A DNA stretch of 56,088 bases, the filler included, from Sphacelaria rigidula (Eukaryota), in assembly GCA_964200075.2 (NCBI GenBank). It is 6 parts of 6 records of this genome, joined end to end, with 100 filler letters (N's around TTAATTAATTAA, not from the genome) between each part and the next. Parts side by side here need not be neighbours in the genome. Positions count along the whole stretch, not along the records: positions 1 to 9,265 come from CAXNAA020008885.1; positions 9,366 to 18,630 come from CAXNAA020008886.1; 4 more parts are not named here. The stretch is one strand, 5' to 3'. A model generated the notes under the pieces. The model was not told where the DNA came from. It searched no databases and was given only the letters and a program-made list of their open reading frames with translations. The translations under genes and the position numbers were made by a program. Below are positions 1-12,400 of this stretch, piece after piece. Within the stretch, counting starts at the first letter, position 1; every line of letters starts with the position of its first letter.

Positions 1-304
1 GGATTTGAAAAGCGGTAATTTCCTTTGTCTTTTTTTCTCCCCTCTAACCCTACCTTTTTTTTGTCCCTCCCCCCCCCCCCCCCCCCCCCCTTCCCCTCCC
101 TTCGCCGCATTTTCAGTGGTCAATGGTCACACGACTAAGGCAAGCAACAAATGAGTACGCCCCCCCCCTTCGCTGCATTTTCTTCAACTTGAATCCGATC
201 GATACATCGATACCGTTTGATTCTCCCGTCCTCTCAAATTATTAGTCTCCAGTAGACGCCATCCCTTCTTTCATGCCCCGCAAAGAAGAACTGCGGTAAA
301 AAAT

Positions 305-652
305 CAGCAGGAGCAGCTGCGCCAACCCTACTTCATCCACCGACCAACCAATCCGGGGATCACACAGAAATCAACCGGACCACAGTTCGTACAGCCATTC
401 CCTCCTTCCAAAACAAGAGCTTGTGTCTACTATACCCCACCCTGGGTGTGAAATGTTACAACAAAACAACATCCCAAGTGTAACCAGCAGCAGTAGCTAC
501 GCCAACCCTACTTCACCCACCGACCAGCCAACCCGGCGACCACACCGATTTCAGCGGCGTCACCGTTCGTACAGCCCTTCCCTCCTTCCAAAACAGGAGC
601 TTGTGTCTACTATACCCCACCCTTGGTGTGAAATGTTCCAACAACACAACAC
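305..652 (+). repeat. Two-copy 180-bp tandem duplication
   Basis: gccaaccctacttca at 321 and 501; ttgtgtctactataccccac at 421 and 601. Confidence 0.9.
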
Positions 653-1197
653 CTCAAGGTGTTGCGAGTACGACGGCTTTTTTTCAAAAAAAGGCGACGG
701 TTGGCCGTAACACCACCCCTACCACGAAGACGACAGACGTACGTACTACACCAACCTGGACATACTTTACTTCATGACGCACTCCCGATAATATGGCACC
801 AGGTGCCACGTGCAACATGTACAAGTTTTCGCTTACCCGATATAGCGCGCACCCATGACAACGCTATTTTCTGTAAATATGTGATACGATCTACGCAGCT
901 CGTGGTGCTACAGCATGCCATCACAAATCCAAGGGGCGAATGGAGATGTAATATAAATGAACATATATACATATATACACATGTATATTTCCCGGCACGC
1001 CCGACCTGTGATGTGTACTCTCCTTGAGGAATGTATGTTCATAGATATGACATCGTGTTTTAGTGTGCATTTGCTCTCTCGTTATAATACGCGGTCTTCC
1101 TCTTCCTCTTGCCTTCATCGCTGCATGAGAAAAATGTTCGTTTGCAGAACACCATGGCCGCCAACTTAGTAGCATATCCTTCTCCATTCCAACATAC

Positions 1198-1256
1198 CTT
1201 GTAACATCCGCTGCTGGACAAAGACCGTATTCGACCGCAGCACCGTGAGTGAAAAT
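1198..1256 (-). other. Possible 3' UTR exon of the scaffold-1 gene
   Basis: Minus-strand acceptor ttttgttacag|, donor AAG|gtatgt; a candidate upstream donor CCG|gtacgg lies at 1549, 22 nt after the stop codon. Confidence 0.35.
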
Positions 1257-1570
1257 CTGTAACAAAAATAAAACGTGGCACACTCTCGTCGCAAGCAAGA
1301 GGATATCGAGGGCAAGGCAAACACCAGCTTTTCACAAGCATTCAGGGCAAGGAGGCTTGGAAACGGTGAACCAGATAAGCGAAACACGAAAATAAAAATG
1401 CCAGATAGTCAACGGTGAGTATACAGACAAAACATTGCTTTGCCTACCTCACTCCCCATCCCCCGGGCCCCCCCGCCCGCCCGGCCCCCGGCCCCTTTTC
1501 GCTATTTCACCCTCTCCACCGCTGTCTCGATCTACGTGCCTACCGTACCGGGCGAGTAGTAAACCCCTCG

Positions 1571-3316
1571 TCAACTCGCAGGCTCTTCTCTGTCCCAGCT
1601 TCTACTGACACTACGGCTACGACTCCCGCTTCGCTGAATAGAGTGAGATTGAAGACCGCGCCCGCCACGACGTGAAACTGCAGCGGCCCTACTCGTTGAA
1701 ATGCCGGTGCCTCCTTCATGCCTTCCATTGATGCTACTGCGACGGCTACCGCCGCCACCACCGCCGCTTCGATTGCTTGCCCCAATCACTCCCACCGCGT
1801 TCCCCTCCCTCCCTGTCCCATCGTCATCATCGTTGCCATCACCATCATCATCGTTGTCGTGTCCAACAGCAAACTCGGACTGCAAAGGCGAGTGCGCTAG
1901 CGGCGAACGTGCCGCGTGGCGTTTGCGGGTGCTCCATCCCTCCTGAGGAGGAGGAAGAGGGAGAGGAGGAGGCGGAAGAAGAGAATGAGCCGTGGCGTGG
2001 TGAGGGTGGTGGGGATAGTGAAACGGGTGATGATGGCCGCCTGTCCACGCCGGCAGCGAGCCAGCGGCGTAGTGGTGCGGCTCTGGGAAACCACCGCCGC
2101 CAATGTAACTCCCAGGAGGTCCGTAGCCTGCATGCACCACAGGCGGCGACGGCGACGGGTAAATAAAGCCACCCGGCGAATAGCTGCTGTAGTAGCTGCC
2201 AGCGGTGCTACCGCCACCGTCACCACTACGCACGTGACGGGCGCCGTCGCTGTGGCGACGCTGCTTGCTCCGACGTCGGGCTAGGCCACCTTCAGTCCTG
2301 CCTTCGCCCGGTCCTGCTCCTCGCTTTCCCCCATTCTCCTTCATGTCCCAGTTGCACCCTTCTTTATTCCGACCTCGCGTGTTGCGGCTCTCGCGATCGC
2401 GACCGCCGTCGTCACCGCGCGTGGCCGGAGTGTTCGCCAGTGCCAAGACCGCCTCCTGTGCGCCGTCTTTTGCCGCGCTCCCACCAACCGCGCTGCCTTG
2501 CCCACCCTTGTCCTCCGACACCAACCCTGGGGCAGCGAAACTATTATCGTCCTCCCAATCGCCACCACCTGCAGCACCGCCGCTCTCGCCGCCGCCAATT
2601 TTCCGCGAGGCACGAAGCGATGCCTCATTCGATGCTCCCCGTTCGTCATCCGATGACGTGTGGCCACCATGACTTGCCTCTGACCCGCTCGGGCGCCGAC
2701 GCCGTTGGAAGCGATGGTGATGCCCGTCCCACCCCGACTCGCGCCTCTCGTCGTCACTATGACCTCGTTTTGAAGAGTAGTCGAAGGGTGGCGGGTACGG
2801 GTTCGCGTAACCGCAGGCGGCGGCATTTCTCAACGCCGCGGCCACAGCCGCCGACACGGTTTCTTGCAAGTTTCGGGCCAAGGGAGCAGCAGCAGGGTCA
2901 AAGGGATTCGACCCGCCTCCATAGGGATGATGTTGACCGAAGGAACTTGGAGGGCAGGCGCTGGCTGACGAAGACGACGCGAAGGCCCTATGTTGTGCGC
3001 TATGACGTCGACGACGGCTACCGCCGCCACCACCTACACCGGAGCTCGAACAGTCATCACCCAATCGAGAGTGATCACGATAGCTTCTGTAGTCATCTTC
3101 GCCGGCCCCAGATTCCGGCGAAAACTCGCTCTCGCGAACATCGCGATCGTCGTGGTGACGGCTGCGGGAAAACGGGGGTGGAGTTGTTCCTCGTCCTTTT
3201 GAGGAACGACGCCCTCGGACATGCCTCCGGAGCTGTTGGTCCGCGTCCGTGCTGCTGCGGCCCCTCTTGAGGTGCGTCTTCATGCTCTGAATGTCCTGCT
3301 GCAGACCCTTTACCGT
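1571..3316 (-). CDS. Last coding exon of an uncharacterised low-complexity protein (short coiled coil, then Gly/Arg/Ser/His/Pro-rich region, RS-like C-terminus)
   Basis: Contains the 570-aa GC-rich ORF. Acceptor ctcaccag| at 3316 is in frame and phase 0, giving DIKQLWT|TVKGLQQDIQSMKTHL across the junction. TGA at 1571-1573. Confidence 0.75.
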   Translation of the reverse strand, partial: TVKGLQQDIQSMKTHLKRGRSSTDADQQLRRHVRGRRSSKGRGTTPPPFSRSRHHDDRDVRESEFSPESGAGEDDYRSYRDHSRLGDDCSSSGVGGGGGSRRRRHSAQHRAFASSSSASACPPSSFGQHHPYGGGSNPFDPAAAPLARNLQETVSAAVAAALRNAAACGYANPYPPPFDYSSKRGHSDDERRESGWDGHHHRFQRRRRPSGSEASHGGHTSSDDERGASNEASLRASRKIGGGESGGAAGGGDWEDDNSFAAPGLVSEDKGGQGSAVGGSAAKDGAQEAVLALANTPATRGDDGGRDRESRNTRGRNKEGCNWDMKENGGKRGAGPGEGRTEGGLARRRSKQRRHSDGARHVRSGDGGGSTAGSYYSSYSPGGFIYPSPSPPVVHAGYGPPGSYIGGGGFPEPHHYAAGSLPAWTGGHHHPFHYPHHPHHATAHSLLPPPPLPLPPPQEGWSTRKRHAARSPLAHSPLQSEFAVGHDNDDDGDGNDDDDGTGREGNAVGVIGASNRSGGGGGGSRRSSINGRHEGGTGISTSRAAAVSRRGGRGLQSHSIQRSGSRSRSVSRSWDREEPAS

Positions 3317-4133
3317 CTGGTGAGATGGCGTGAACCAGAGGCGCGGAAAAGTATGAGAACGGTAAACGTTTACACAAAAGTCATTTTGCGAAGAAAAATT
3401 TCACATGGATTACTTCGCGTCGTTCCTGTTAGTACCAGGTGGCAGGGAAAACCTAGTTCAGTAAAAACTGACACACCCCTGTGCTCTATTTGCCGATGTG
3501 CATGAAAAAACAGAAACAGGAGAGGTGAGTCAGAGGATAAAGCGCACACTCCGTAAGAAGCTATAATGTGTTTCATCATCGAAGTCAAGCGTTGATCAGG
3601 GTGTCGACTCTATTCCCCCCAACGCGAGCTGCTTTATTTGGGACATATTGTGACTTTGGAGAGTGGGGCGGTCTGGAGTGGCATCATGACGGAGGGAGGC
3701 ACTATCAGTGGAATGTCAGGGGAATGGGGGGGGGGGATGACCACCGGCAAGATATGCGGAAGATGTAAATGAGACTCAGCAGTAGTTGATCAACAATTTC
3801 ACAACATGTGAGAGGAAGACAGTAAATCTGATCGACGGAGACGCAATCGTCTACCTTTACCTTTGCACCCGGTAAAACAAAAGCAGGATGGTGTGTGCGC
3901 TCCACAAGAACATTACCAAACAGGCACAGCATCACTAGAAAGTATCGCATACTAGGTAAAGTCGTAGCGTGCGCAACATCGACGACGACGGGGGAAAACA
4001 AAACAGGACACTCGTCAATCTCAGCGGAACAGGTACGAAGTGACACTGTGTTCATCACGATATCGAGCACCCATCACAGAGCGCGCCCCAAATACCTTCC
4101 CCCTCTCGTCTCTGACCCATTGTGCTTGCTCAC

Positions 4134-5486
4134 CGTCCAGAGCTGCTTGATATCATTGGGCGTAGCCTCCAGAGCAGTAGTGCCAGTGCTGCCGCTTGCA
4201 AGCTCGCCCCCCTCTCCCGCCTCTGTCGCCGCGATGCTTGGCTCGGACGACTGCTCCGCCGCCCCCGCCGCAGCAAGTGTACGCATGAGAGCCTGGACCT
4301 GATTTGCCACAGCCGGAAGTGCCGCGGCGGCCACGCCGACGGGATCGGCGGGGGGTTTATCTAGAGCCAGGCTCGGCGTAGCTGCTGCCAAGGTCGCTGG
4401 TGGTGCTGAGACGGGCTCTGGGGCTTCTGAGATGGGGTTGCTGGTGGCAACACCACCATGCGCGGCGAGTGCGGTGGCGGCGGATACGATGTCGGTGGCG
4501 GAGATAGCGGAGCTCGTGGTTGGGATGCTCCTTGTGGAAATATCCGCGGACGAAGGAGAAGCGCTGGTACTGGTATGTGCTGCCTCCTCCGTATCGTTTT
4601 GTCCCTCAGCTTCTTGCCCACCGGCCGACACCTGCTTGCTTCCCGCGTTCAGAGTTGGCATACGGAGAAGGGAAATGCCGTCGATAACGCCACCAACATG
4701 CGCAGTGGATGCTGTGAAGGCGGCGGGGCCCGTGGTTGGCGTACTCGCCGTGAATATGTCTGCGGGGGCAGCAGCAGCGCTGGTGTTGGTGTGCGCGAAC
4801 TTCTCTGAGTCGTGCCGCCTTACAGCTTCTTGCTGACTGTCCGACCCCTGCTTGTTTTCAGCGTTGCAATTTGGCGCACGGTGAGGGGAGATGCTGGCGG
4901 CAACATTACCACCATGGGCGGCGGAGCTGGCGAAGCTCGTGGTTAGGGTGCTTGTCACGGAAATGACCGCGGACGCAGCAGCAGTGCCGCTGTTGGTGGC
5001 CTTCCCCGTATCGTTTTGTCCCGCCGCTTCTTCTTTACTGTCCCGCCCCTGCTTGCTTCCAGCGTTGTGCTTTGGCGCAGAGAAAGGAGAGGCGCCACCG
5101 ACAACGGTACCACCATGCGCGGCAGGTGCGGTCGCGGCGGCGGAACTGGCTGAGGTCGTGGTTGGGATGCCTGTGGTGGATGTGTCTCCAGATGCAGTAG
5201 CAGCGCTGATATTATTGTGTACTGCCTCCTCCGTATCATTTTGTCCCGCCGTTTCTTGTTCGTTGTCCGAGCCCTTTTTGCTTTCTGCATTGAGAGTTGG
5301 CGAGCAGGGGGTGGACATGCTACCGGCAGCGCCACCACCATGCGTGGTTGTTGCGGTCGCGGCGATCGGGCTCGTGGATTGGATGCTTGCTGCAGAAATG
5401 TCCGGGGACGCAGCAGCAGCGCTGGTACTGGTGTGTGCTGCATCGGTTTCTCCTTGTCCTACCGTTTCTTGCTCGCCGTCCGACCC
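4134..5486 (-). CDS. Internal exon (451 codons) with five ~70-aa Ala/Ser/Thr-rich repeats
   Basis: Lies within the 523-aa ORF; acceptor aaaaacaagcag| at 5486, donor ACG|gtgagc at 4134; phase 0-0. Confidence 0.7.
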
Positions 5487-5510
5487 CTGCTTGTTTTTCG
5501 CATTGATACA
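4440..5510 (-). repeat. Five coding tandem repeats of 201-225 bp
   Basis: Units start at 5486, 5273, 5048, 4847 and 4631 (spacings 213/225/201/216); consensus NA(E/G)(S/N)KQGSDxxQExxGQNDTxxAAHT. Confidence 0.85.
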
Positions 5511-5852
5511 TGGAGCAAAGGGAGGGAGACGAACGAAGGCACACCTTAATTCATGCCTCCAGTCGGGATTATCGCGAGACAGAGACTGGGTGCGGCGGAG
5601 CGGGGGACTAATGGGTTTGAGCATGATACGCATACCCAAGGGCAATCAGATAGCACGTGAGCGCCAAAGTCGATGGCAAATACTACAAGCACGAAAATGA
5701 AGCAATAACCGCGGAGAGCCCCCGGGGGGGGTTGGCGACAACGTCCATCGTAAGAAATATAGTACCACAACTACATATTGAGCGACCAAGGGTTGTTTTG
5801 TGAGAGATGTGCTTACAACAGCACCACAGACACAAAGCCCAATTTCACTCAC

Positions 5853-6029
5853 GGTCGATTTGTCCGTCGCGACCTCACTCTCTCCCGTAGGTGTACCCTT
5901 CCTTTCAGTCGCCGGGTCGTCAGATTCCGTTTCGTCGGCCTGTTCATCTCTCTTTTTCTCGCCGGCGCCGTACTCGATCGCGTCGGCGAACACCGCCTTC
6001 TCAACGCCAGGCCCCTCGCTTCGGGCCAC
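5853..6029 (-). CDS. Internal exon (59 codons, acidic: VARSEGPG...ATDKST)
   Basis: Acceptor gtgaaaaaag|, donor ACC|gtgagt; 177 nt, phase 0-0, compatible with both neighbouring exons. Confidence 0.7.
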
Positions 6030-7452
6030 CTTTTTTCACGTTGTGCGTACGCGTGGGAGGATGTGCGGGCGTGTCACGATACGAACGAGGTGAAACAAGA
6101 CACAACCCTGGTATGGCGAGGGAAACGTTTTCTACTCGCGTCAGAGTTTGGTGACAGAAAACACGTGTCTCTTCCCGCCACCGGTGGGTGAACGGTAGAT
6201 TGGCTGATACAAGTACTTGACCGATTGGGGCCTGCGCCGCTTATATATCAATTTCGATTTCCGGCGTGATTCCAGCATATCAAGTCTTCCCACTAGTAGT
6301 GCGAGTTTTGGTTCGAGTCTCCCTTCTCTAAATTTTGTTCGAAACAGATGGGGGGCGGGGGAATTCCACGCGTTGGCGTCGTCGAAAAGCGCACACTGAA
6401 ATCCAGTCGTCGGTACCGCATTGATATAGCGACATGCCCGTCCAATAACGTGAAGTTTCGATCTGCCGGTCTATGAAATCATCAACAATACAGCCGAGCT
6501 CAACAGACCGCGAGGTCTTCGGAAGCGCAGTATGCAAAAGAACACACGGGAAAATGTGCGAGTAGGTCGTAGACGAAACAAAATCAGCACACACAAAACA
6601 CAGATGCAAGAGTAGGTTTTCATTTACCCCCGAATGCCGGCAACAAACGTGCAGATGAATCCTGACTATATATTGTGCGACGGTACGGAAATATTAAGTT
6701 CGTTTCAATCCTATTCCTAGCGGTCAGAATGGTGCGCTGCGCAGATTCAGAAGATAGACTCACGTGCACCGCAGAAGGACAGGGTTTGGACACAGCGAAC
6801 CATGAATCCCACTCGATGTACGCCAGGAGCCAGCCAAGACTGGATAGACACTACTTGACGCACTTGAACGTTAGGCAGCAAATTTCTCCGCTACCAGATA
6901 TTGACTGAATCGTGTCAACCCCTTCAAGGACCGCAGCCGTAGTAAAACATGACACATGGATACATATGTTCGTGCCAAACAGAGGAGAGCCAAATTACGA
7001 ACACGAGGTTTCAGGGCTGGAAAAATCGTTGCCACGCATTCGCCGTGGGTCAACACCCTACGATTGGGCCACAGAGGAGAGCAGCCTTTGGAAATTTACA
7101 TTGATATGTCATCTAAGAAATGCGGGCGCCCGACAGTACATCAACTTAAGGGTCTTCGAAGATTTCCAAGCCGCTTACTTGCAACAGCGGCGTAGTGTGT
7201 GGCCTCGCATCTCAGCTGGTGGTGATCATTTCAACAACATCGCCACGTGAATGTGGGAAACGTTTGCCCGATTCTTCAACAAGTTAAATCCCACAGCATT
7301 CGAGTTTCACTGGTGTCTATCTCTGCCTCTGTCGTAGGTCATCTTTCAGTATTGAAAAGCCGAATCTCTTTCCCCCTGCCGCAACCAACACCGGGGACTG
7401 TCACCTTCAGCGTACACCGGCACTCATTTTTACACTGAAAAAAGAGCAATAC

Positions 7453-7671
7453 CTGCACATCTTTTTCAGCCAAGTCCATTGAAATTTCCTCGGCGCGGTC
7501 AGCCTCAGCGCCGCCGCGAGAACTATGCTTCCCGCCACTGGCGATTTCATCCCACACATCCACTCTCTGCTTTTTGCTGCCGATGCCGACGCTATTTTCT
7601 TGGGGAGGAGCAGCAGTGGCAGCAGCTGGCCCAGCGCTACCGCTCTCCTCTCCTCCCTTGCGCTTTCCCAG
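7453..7671 (-). CDS. Internal exon (73 codons: LGKRKGGEE...LAEKDVQ) with basic NLS-like stretches
   Basis: Acceptor gtccatcag|, donor CAG|gtattg; 219 nt, phase 0-0. The 5' end of the gene was not found in this scaffold. Confidence 0.7.
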
Positions 7672-8690
7672 CTGATGGACATGCACATGACAAAAAGAAC
7701 CAGAGAAGAATCCGCGCAGAAAAACACGCACACGCACACAAACATATGGGAGTGTGGAGCGAAATTAGAAGTACAGACTGGTTCAAAACATGACTTGCTG
7801 GTTTCGCGCTTGGTCAAAGGCGGGTCGTGTGAAGCACGAATGTCCGCTCCAGGGCACACACGAATCCCCTGTTACACTAGCAAGAACCAAAACACGAAAC
7901 GCAAAAGGGTGAACCGGAGGAGGGAATATGTGGATTGCTTATTTTTGGACGTATGCGGCATGTGAACAGCGAGCAGCGTGCTTACGAGAGGAGCAGAGAT
8001 GAACGGGTTCGCCCACGACGCATCCTCGGTTTGAACGACGGATGGGCGGGCGGATGGGCGCGCAAAAGCAGAGTATCGCGGACGCGTTTCGCATCGTGGT
8101 ACCCATGTATGCCCTGCTACTCAACAAGCTAATATATATATATATATTTTTAAAGCAAAATATATTTAACGTCTTGTTTTATCCCAATCGCGGAGCAACA
8201 CTAGGTTATTTTCAGCTTACTCAAGTGCAAAGTAACAAAAAAGCATACTATGCTTCATGGGGTTTTTCTCCCCGTCGCCGCCACTACGCAGCACTCGTCA
8301 GTACCTCGATCATGCCTAATTAGCGTGATTACTGTAAATAAAACGGCCAGGGAGAGGGGTCACACGACTAATAGTACCCACCAGTACATACCATTGTGAA
8401 AACCTTTCGACTCGACGCTTCCGAAACTGCAGCAAGGTGCTTTCTACACGGTAAGAACATCCCCGGAGATAGAGGTTCTGTCGGTCAAAACCGCAGTCTG
8501 GCGGATACGACGCGAAAAAATGCTAATAAACCTCCCCCCATGGCGCCCACCAATCGACTTCCCGACGACACTCGCGCAGAGGGTCAAAACACAAAACAAA
8601 TCCCAATCTATCATAGCCTGGGGGGGGGGGGGGGGTACTGATACTAATGCCTGCCATGGTCAGAAGAACCGAGAGCCTGCGGCCTTTAAA

Positions 8691-8700
8691 NNNNNNNNNN
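8691..8700. other. Intra-scaffold assembly gap (10 N)
   Basis: Ten N bases without the linker motif. Confidence 0.95.
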
Positions 8701-9265
8701 CCTACATAGCCGGGACGGAGCACGCCGGGTTCTCGCCGGACCAGGCTCGCTCTCAGTCACCAAGCGCGAAGCACCGTGGTGTGTTCGGCGAGTCGTATGA
8801 AGGGTGAGCTGCATCCTGCTGAGACTGGTCGACACAAAGCTTACTGATCATCTTGCATTTGGATGACAGCCTCCAATGAGTTGCTTTGTTTTCTGGTATC
8901 GCCACTCCCAGAGACAGCCACCGCTTGTACACTGCCTATGGGGTGTCTCACCATTGCAACACAACGGAGTCTGATCATCTCCTTTGGGCAGAACTGAGGT
9001 TTTCCTACCCTGCCCAATATGATCTAGCTCGACCACCATCATGCGTTACCGCAAAAGAACGCAAGCGTGCTAAAAAACACGGTGAGTTCGTTGCCAAGCT
9101 TACGCCTTAACTGGCGTGTTTTGCAGCGTCATCGCCAACCGGCGCCAACACCTTAGGGGATCATCATAGCTTGGGGGGGGGGGGGGGGGGATTCTCGATA
9201 GAAGAGGATAGTGCGGCGTAAGCATAGAGTGGGGGAGAGCACGCGTCCGAACCCCCGCCCCGGCC

Positions 9266-9365
9266 NNNNNNNNNNNNNNNNNNNNNNNNNNNNNNNNNNN
9301 NNNNNNNNNTTAATTAATTAANNNNNNNNNNNNNNNNNNNNNNNNNNNNNNNNNNNNNNNNNNNN
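9266..9365. other. Artificial scaffold linker (N44-TTAATTAATTAA-N44)
   Basis: 100-nt spacer with a six-frame-stop palindrome at 9310-9321; identical to four other linkers. Confidence 0.98.
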
Positions 9366-9434
9366 AAGGTGGTCTGACACACTTATGAGCCTCTTTTTTC
9401 GTGCAACCAAATACCCCCCCCCTTATCGTAGGAT
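9366..9434 (-). mobile_element. Transposon-like terminal sequence (CATCCTACGATA-G7-TATTTGGTTGCACG...) at the scaffold start
   Basis: Reverse complement matches 18518-18625 at the other end of the same scaffold. Confidence 0.65.
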
Positions 9435-12400
9435 GACTCATGTACATGCTATCGTGCAGCCAATATATATCTTGGACGCGCTCGCGGAGGAATACATTGG
9501 ACGTTTTGGGCATCTAGTTATACATTATTCAACGGCGCCTGCGGACATGAAACTGCCCACAATACTAATACCTACACACTTTCAAATGTCTAATTTGACT
9601 CATCAATATATATATATATATTGCTACACCGATCTATGTTGTGACGGTTGGTCCTTTCGTGTATCGTTCGCCTAATATATATTGGACGCATTGACGCACG
9701 ACATATTGGGGCGGCGATATGTATTGGCGCTTCGAGTGTTGAATATTGAATCGTCGATGTATATTGACCTCGTGCGACAGCCAATATATGATTAGATGAA
9801 TTTATATTGCCGCCTTACCGCACCACATAGTACTCGGCCAAAATACAATGGGATGGCGCGTGCCGTGATATATTTTTCGGTCCATACATATTGCATGTCG
9901 CGCCTTGACATATCGATGACACTATATATATATATATATATTGACTTACCTCGCGTGTCACCATATTGCTCGCCCGATATATTTGACCACCCGACGCGTC
10001 GACATATTGAGCGGGCAATATATATTACATACTTTATTGTACAGAGTGCAGAAGTTTCTCGTGTAGTATCCGTCTTTGGCGCTTAAAAGTCGTGAGGTCG
10101 ATAGATACTGGGAAGAAGTAGGTCGTGCTCAGAACATCCTGCTCGACTCATGTGTTCGGGATAATGCGGAATAAGTTCTCCTTGGTCACCAGGGGGTATT
10201 ATCGACCGTCACTAGTCCGAAAAGCACATTTGATAGCTCTAGCGCAATAAACAGGACAAAAAAATTAAATCAATCCTCTTTAATTGTTCGTGAAAACGAT
10301 TGGAATGGCTTCAATCGAGCAAAAGTACTCAGGGGTAAGAACCTGGGGCTGGGTAATCTGAGGACTCCCGCTTCCCAGTCACCCCGTATATTGTTCAATA
10401 ATGAGCATACATGTGTGTTTTTTTCGAAATGTAACGGGAATGATGAGTACCCCCCAATCACCAAACTTTGAGACCAAATATTTGCTAAGATCGGTGGTGG
10501 TACGTGAAAACACACTGTTCAACCCCCTATTACGAAAAAACCACGATAATGTGTTACTTCAGATGTTGACTACTGTAATCATGTAGGCGTGGAAAGGGGG
10601 GTAAGTTAGTTGCGATCCTGTTAGCCGTCACGTGTGCGCATCCCCAGGTGCAACAAATAAAAGCGAAGACGAAAAATTGGAAGGATGCGTTCGCCATAGC
10701 ATCATTGCACCAAGGCGTACAGACAACACCAACTGGAACCGAGAACAGCGAAAACCATTTGCAAAATATCGACGTTGCCTTGCTCACCACACCACACCGA
10801 ACATGACATCAGACTCTTCTACTTTCACCACACGTCATCACGTCCTGCAGTTTCGTACGGTCTCTAAACCGAGCCGGAAAACGATTCCTCGAAAGCGGAC
10901 AAAAGGCTATTGCGCTCAAACGATGTTATCGTGGGACTGAGGGTAGAGCGTTGATTTAGATTGGGCTTCATCACTCGCTTCAACTTGACCATTTTTTCAT
11001 TCTCTGGGTGCTTTTCCTTGCCTGCAACACTGGCGTGTGCTTGCAGCTACACGTCGATATCCTACTCGGGGATATCAAAAGCTGCAGTGGCAAGCTACTG
11101 CAGGAACCGTATCGGGCCTCGCGGAGGGACACTTGGGAACTGAAACTACTCATTTATTAGTTGACCGCTTCTCACTCTCAATCCTCTCCTCTCCATCACA
11201 AGAGAACACTGTTTTAACGAGGTGCAAGCCAAAAGATCCACCTCGTCGCCAGCTATTTCTCCTTGCACGTTTGCGGTTTTCTTCACGCATTTGTTTTCCT
11301 CTTCACTCGATGCTTGAATACTCTTCGCTGAGACCCGTGGTTACACTCGAGGACAAGAGACGCGCACCCATCATTGAACAACCGCGTTCGGATCCGCTCC
11401 TTCTGATTCAAAACCATCCGTCTGAATGCGTGTTTCCGGTGATTGATTCAGACGTTGCTACAGCATTTTCCATGGGACCTTTTAGAGAGAGGGAAATAAC
11501 GTCGACGAATGAGGATTGCCCCCAACAGATGCTTTTCGCCCCTATTGGGTTGAGGGAAATGACTGCTATCGGAAAAATCGAAGTTTGTCGACCCAGGGGA
11601 TCACAAGAACGCCACCATCAAGCATGGTGCGGCCAGCTGTGCAGACTGAACACATATGAAGATACGGTAGGTCACGTCGAGAACAGACAGCACAGTGTAC
11701 GATGCAGCAACGTTGCATTGCAGCCCGTGCCGCTGTGTGACTGTGTATCCAGTGCCCAGTGCCCACATAGTTGTTGAGTATGTACATGGGGCACAACGGC
11801 AGCAGCATACTGCAGGGTACGTGCAGTGCTGCCGTGCAGACAGGGCAGTGTCGTACATAGCTGCGGACAACGGACAGTACAGCGGCCGCTGTTTCGCACA
11901 CCAAGTTGTCAATTTCAAGTATCACGATGGTCGGGCGTACGCGCCAATTCATTTTCGGAGGTGTACAAAACGGTTTCAAAAACTGCTGTTCTTGGAAAAG
12001 TGTCACTAGCCGATCTTTTGCTTAGTCTTCGCATCAAAGAAAGCGGGCTCAACAACAAGGTTCTTGAAGAAAATATACATTACTCCAAGAAATCGAACAA
12101 TTTGCACATTGGGCAACACATGGTACAGCTGCCGCGGATTTGTTATGGTGAGTTCATTGTGAGGCACCGTTATTCAACGGTGTTTGCACTGTCGCAGCAT
12201 GGTATTACGTGGTACGCGTAATCTGTTTCACGATACGGCGCGATACGGCAACAAAAATTCGCGATACGGTTTTAATGGTGATCGTGTGAGATTTGCATAT
12301 TTGTGCGTGAACCAAGGAAACGTTTATTATACCGCGGAAGACATCCCGGGCAAAGAAAGCTTCGCTTGGTTCGTATTATCTTGCTTGCACTTTCACTTCA

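Noticed and set aside
9310-9321. TTAATTAATTAA palindrome recurring every ~9.36 kb
   Set aside because: Synthetic six-frame-stop linker embedded in N runs.
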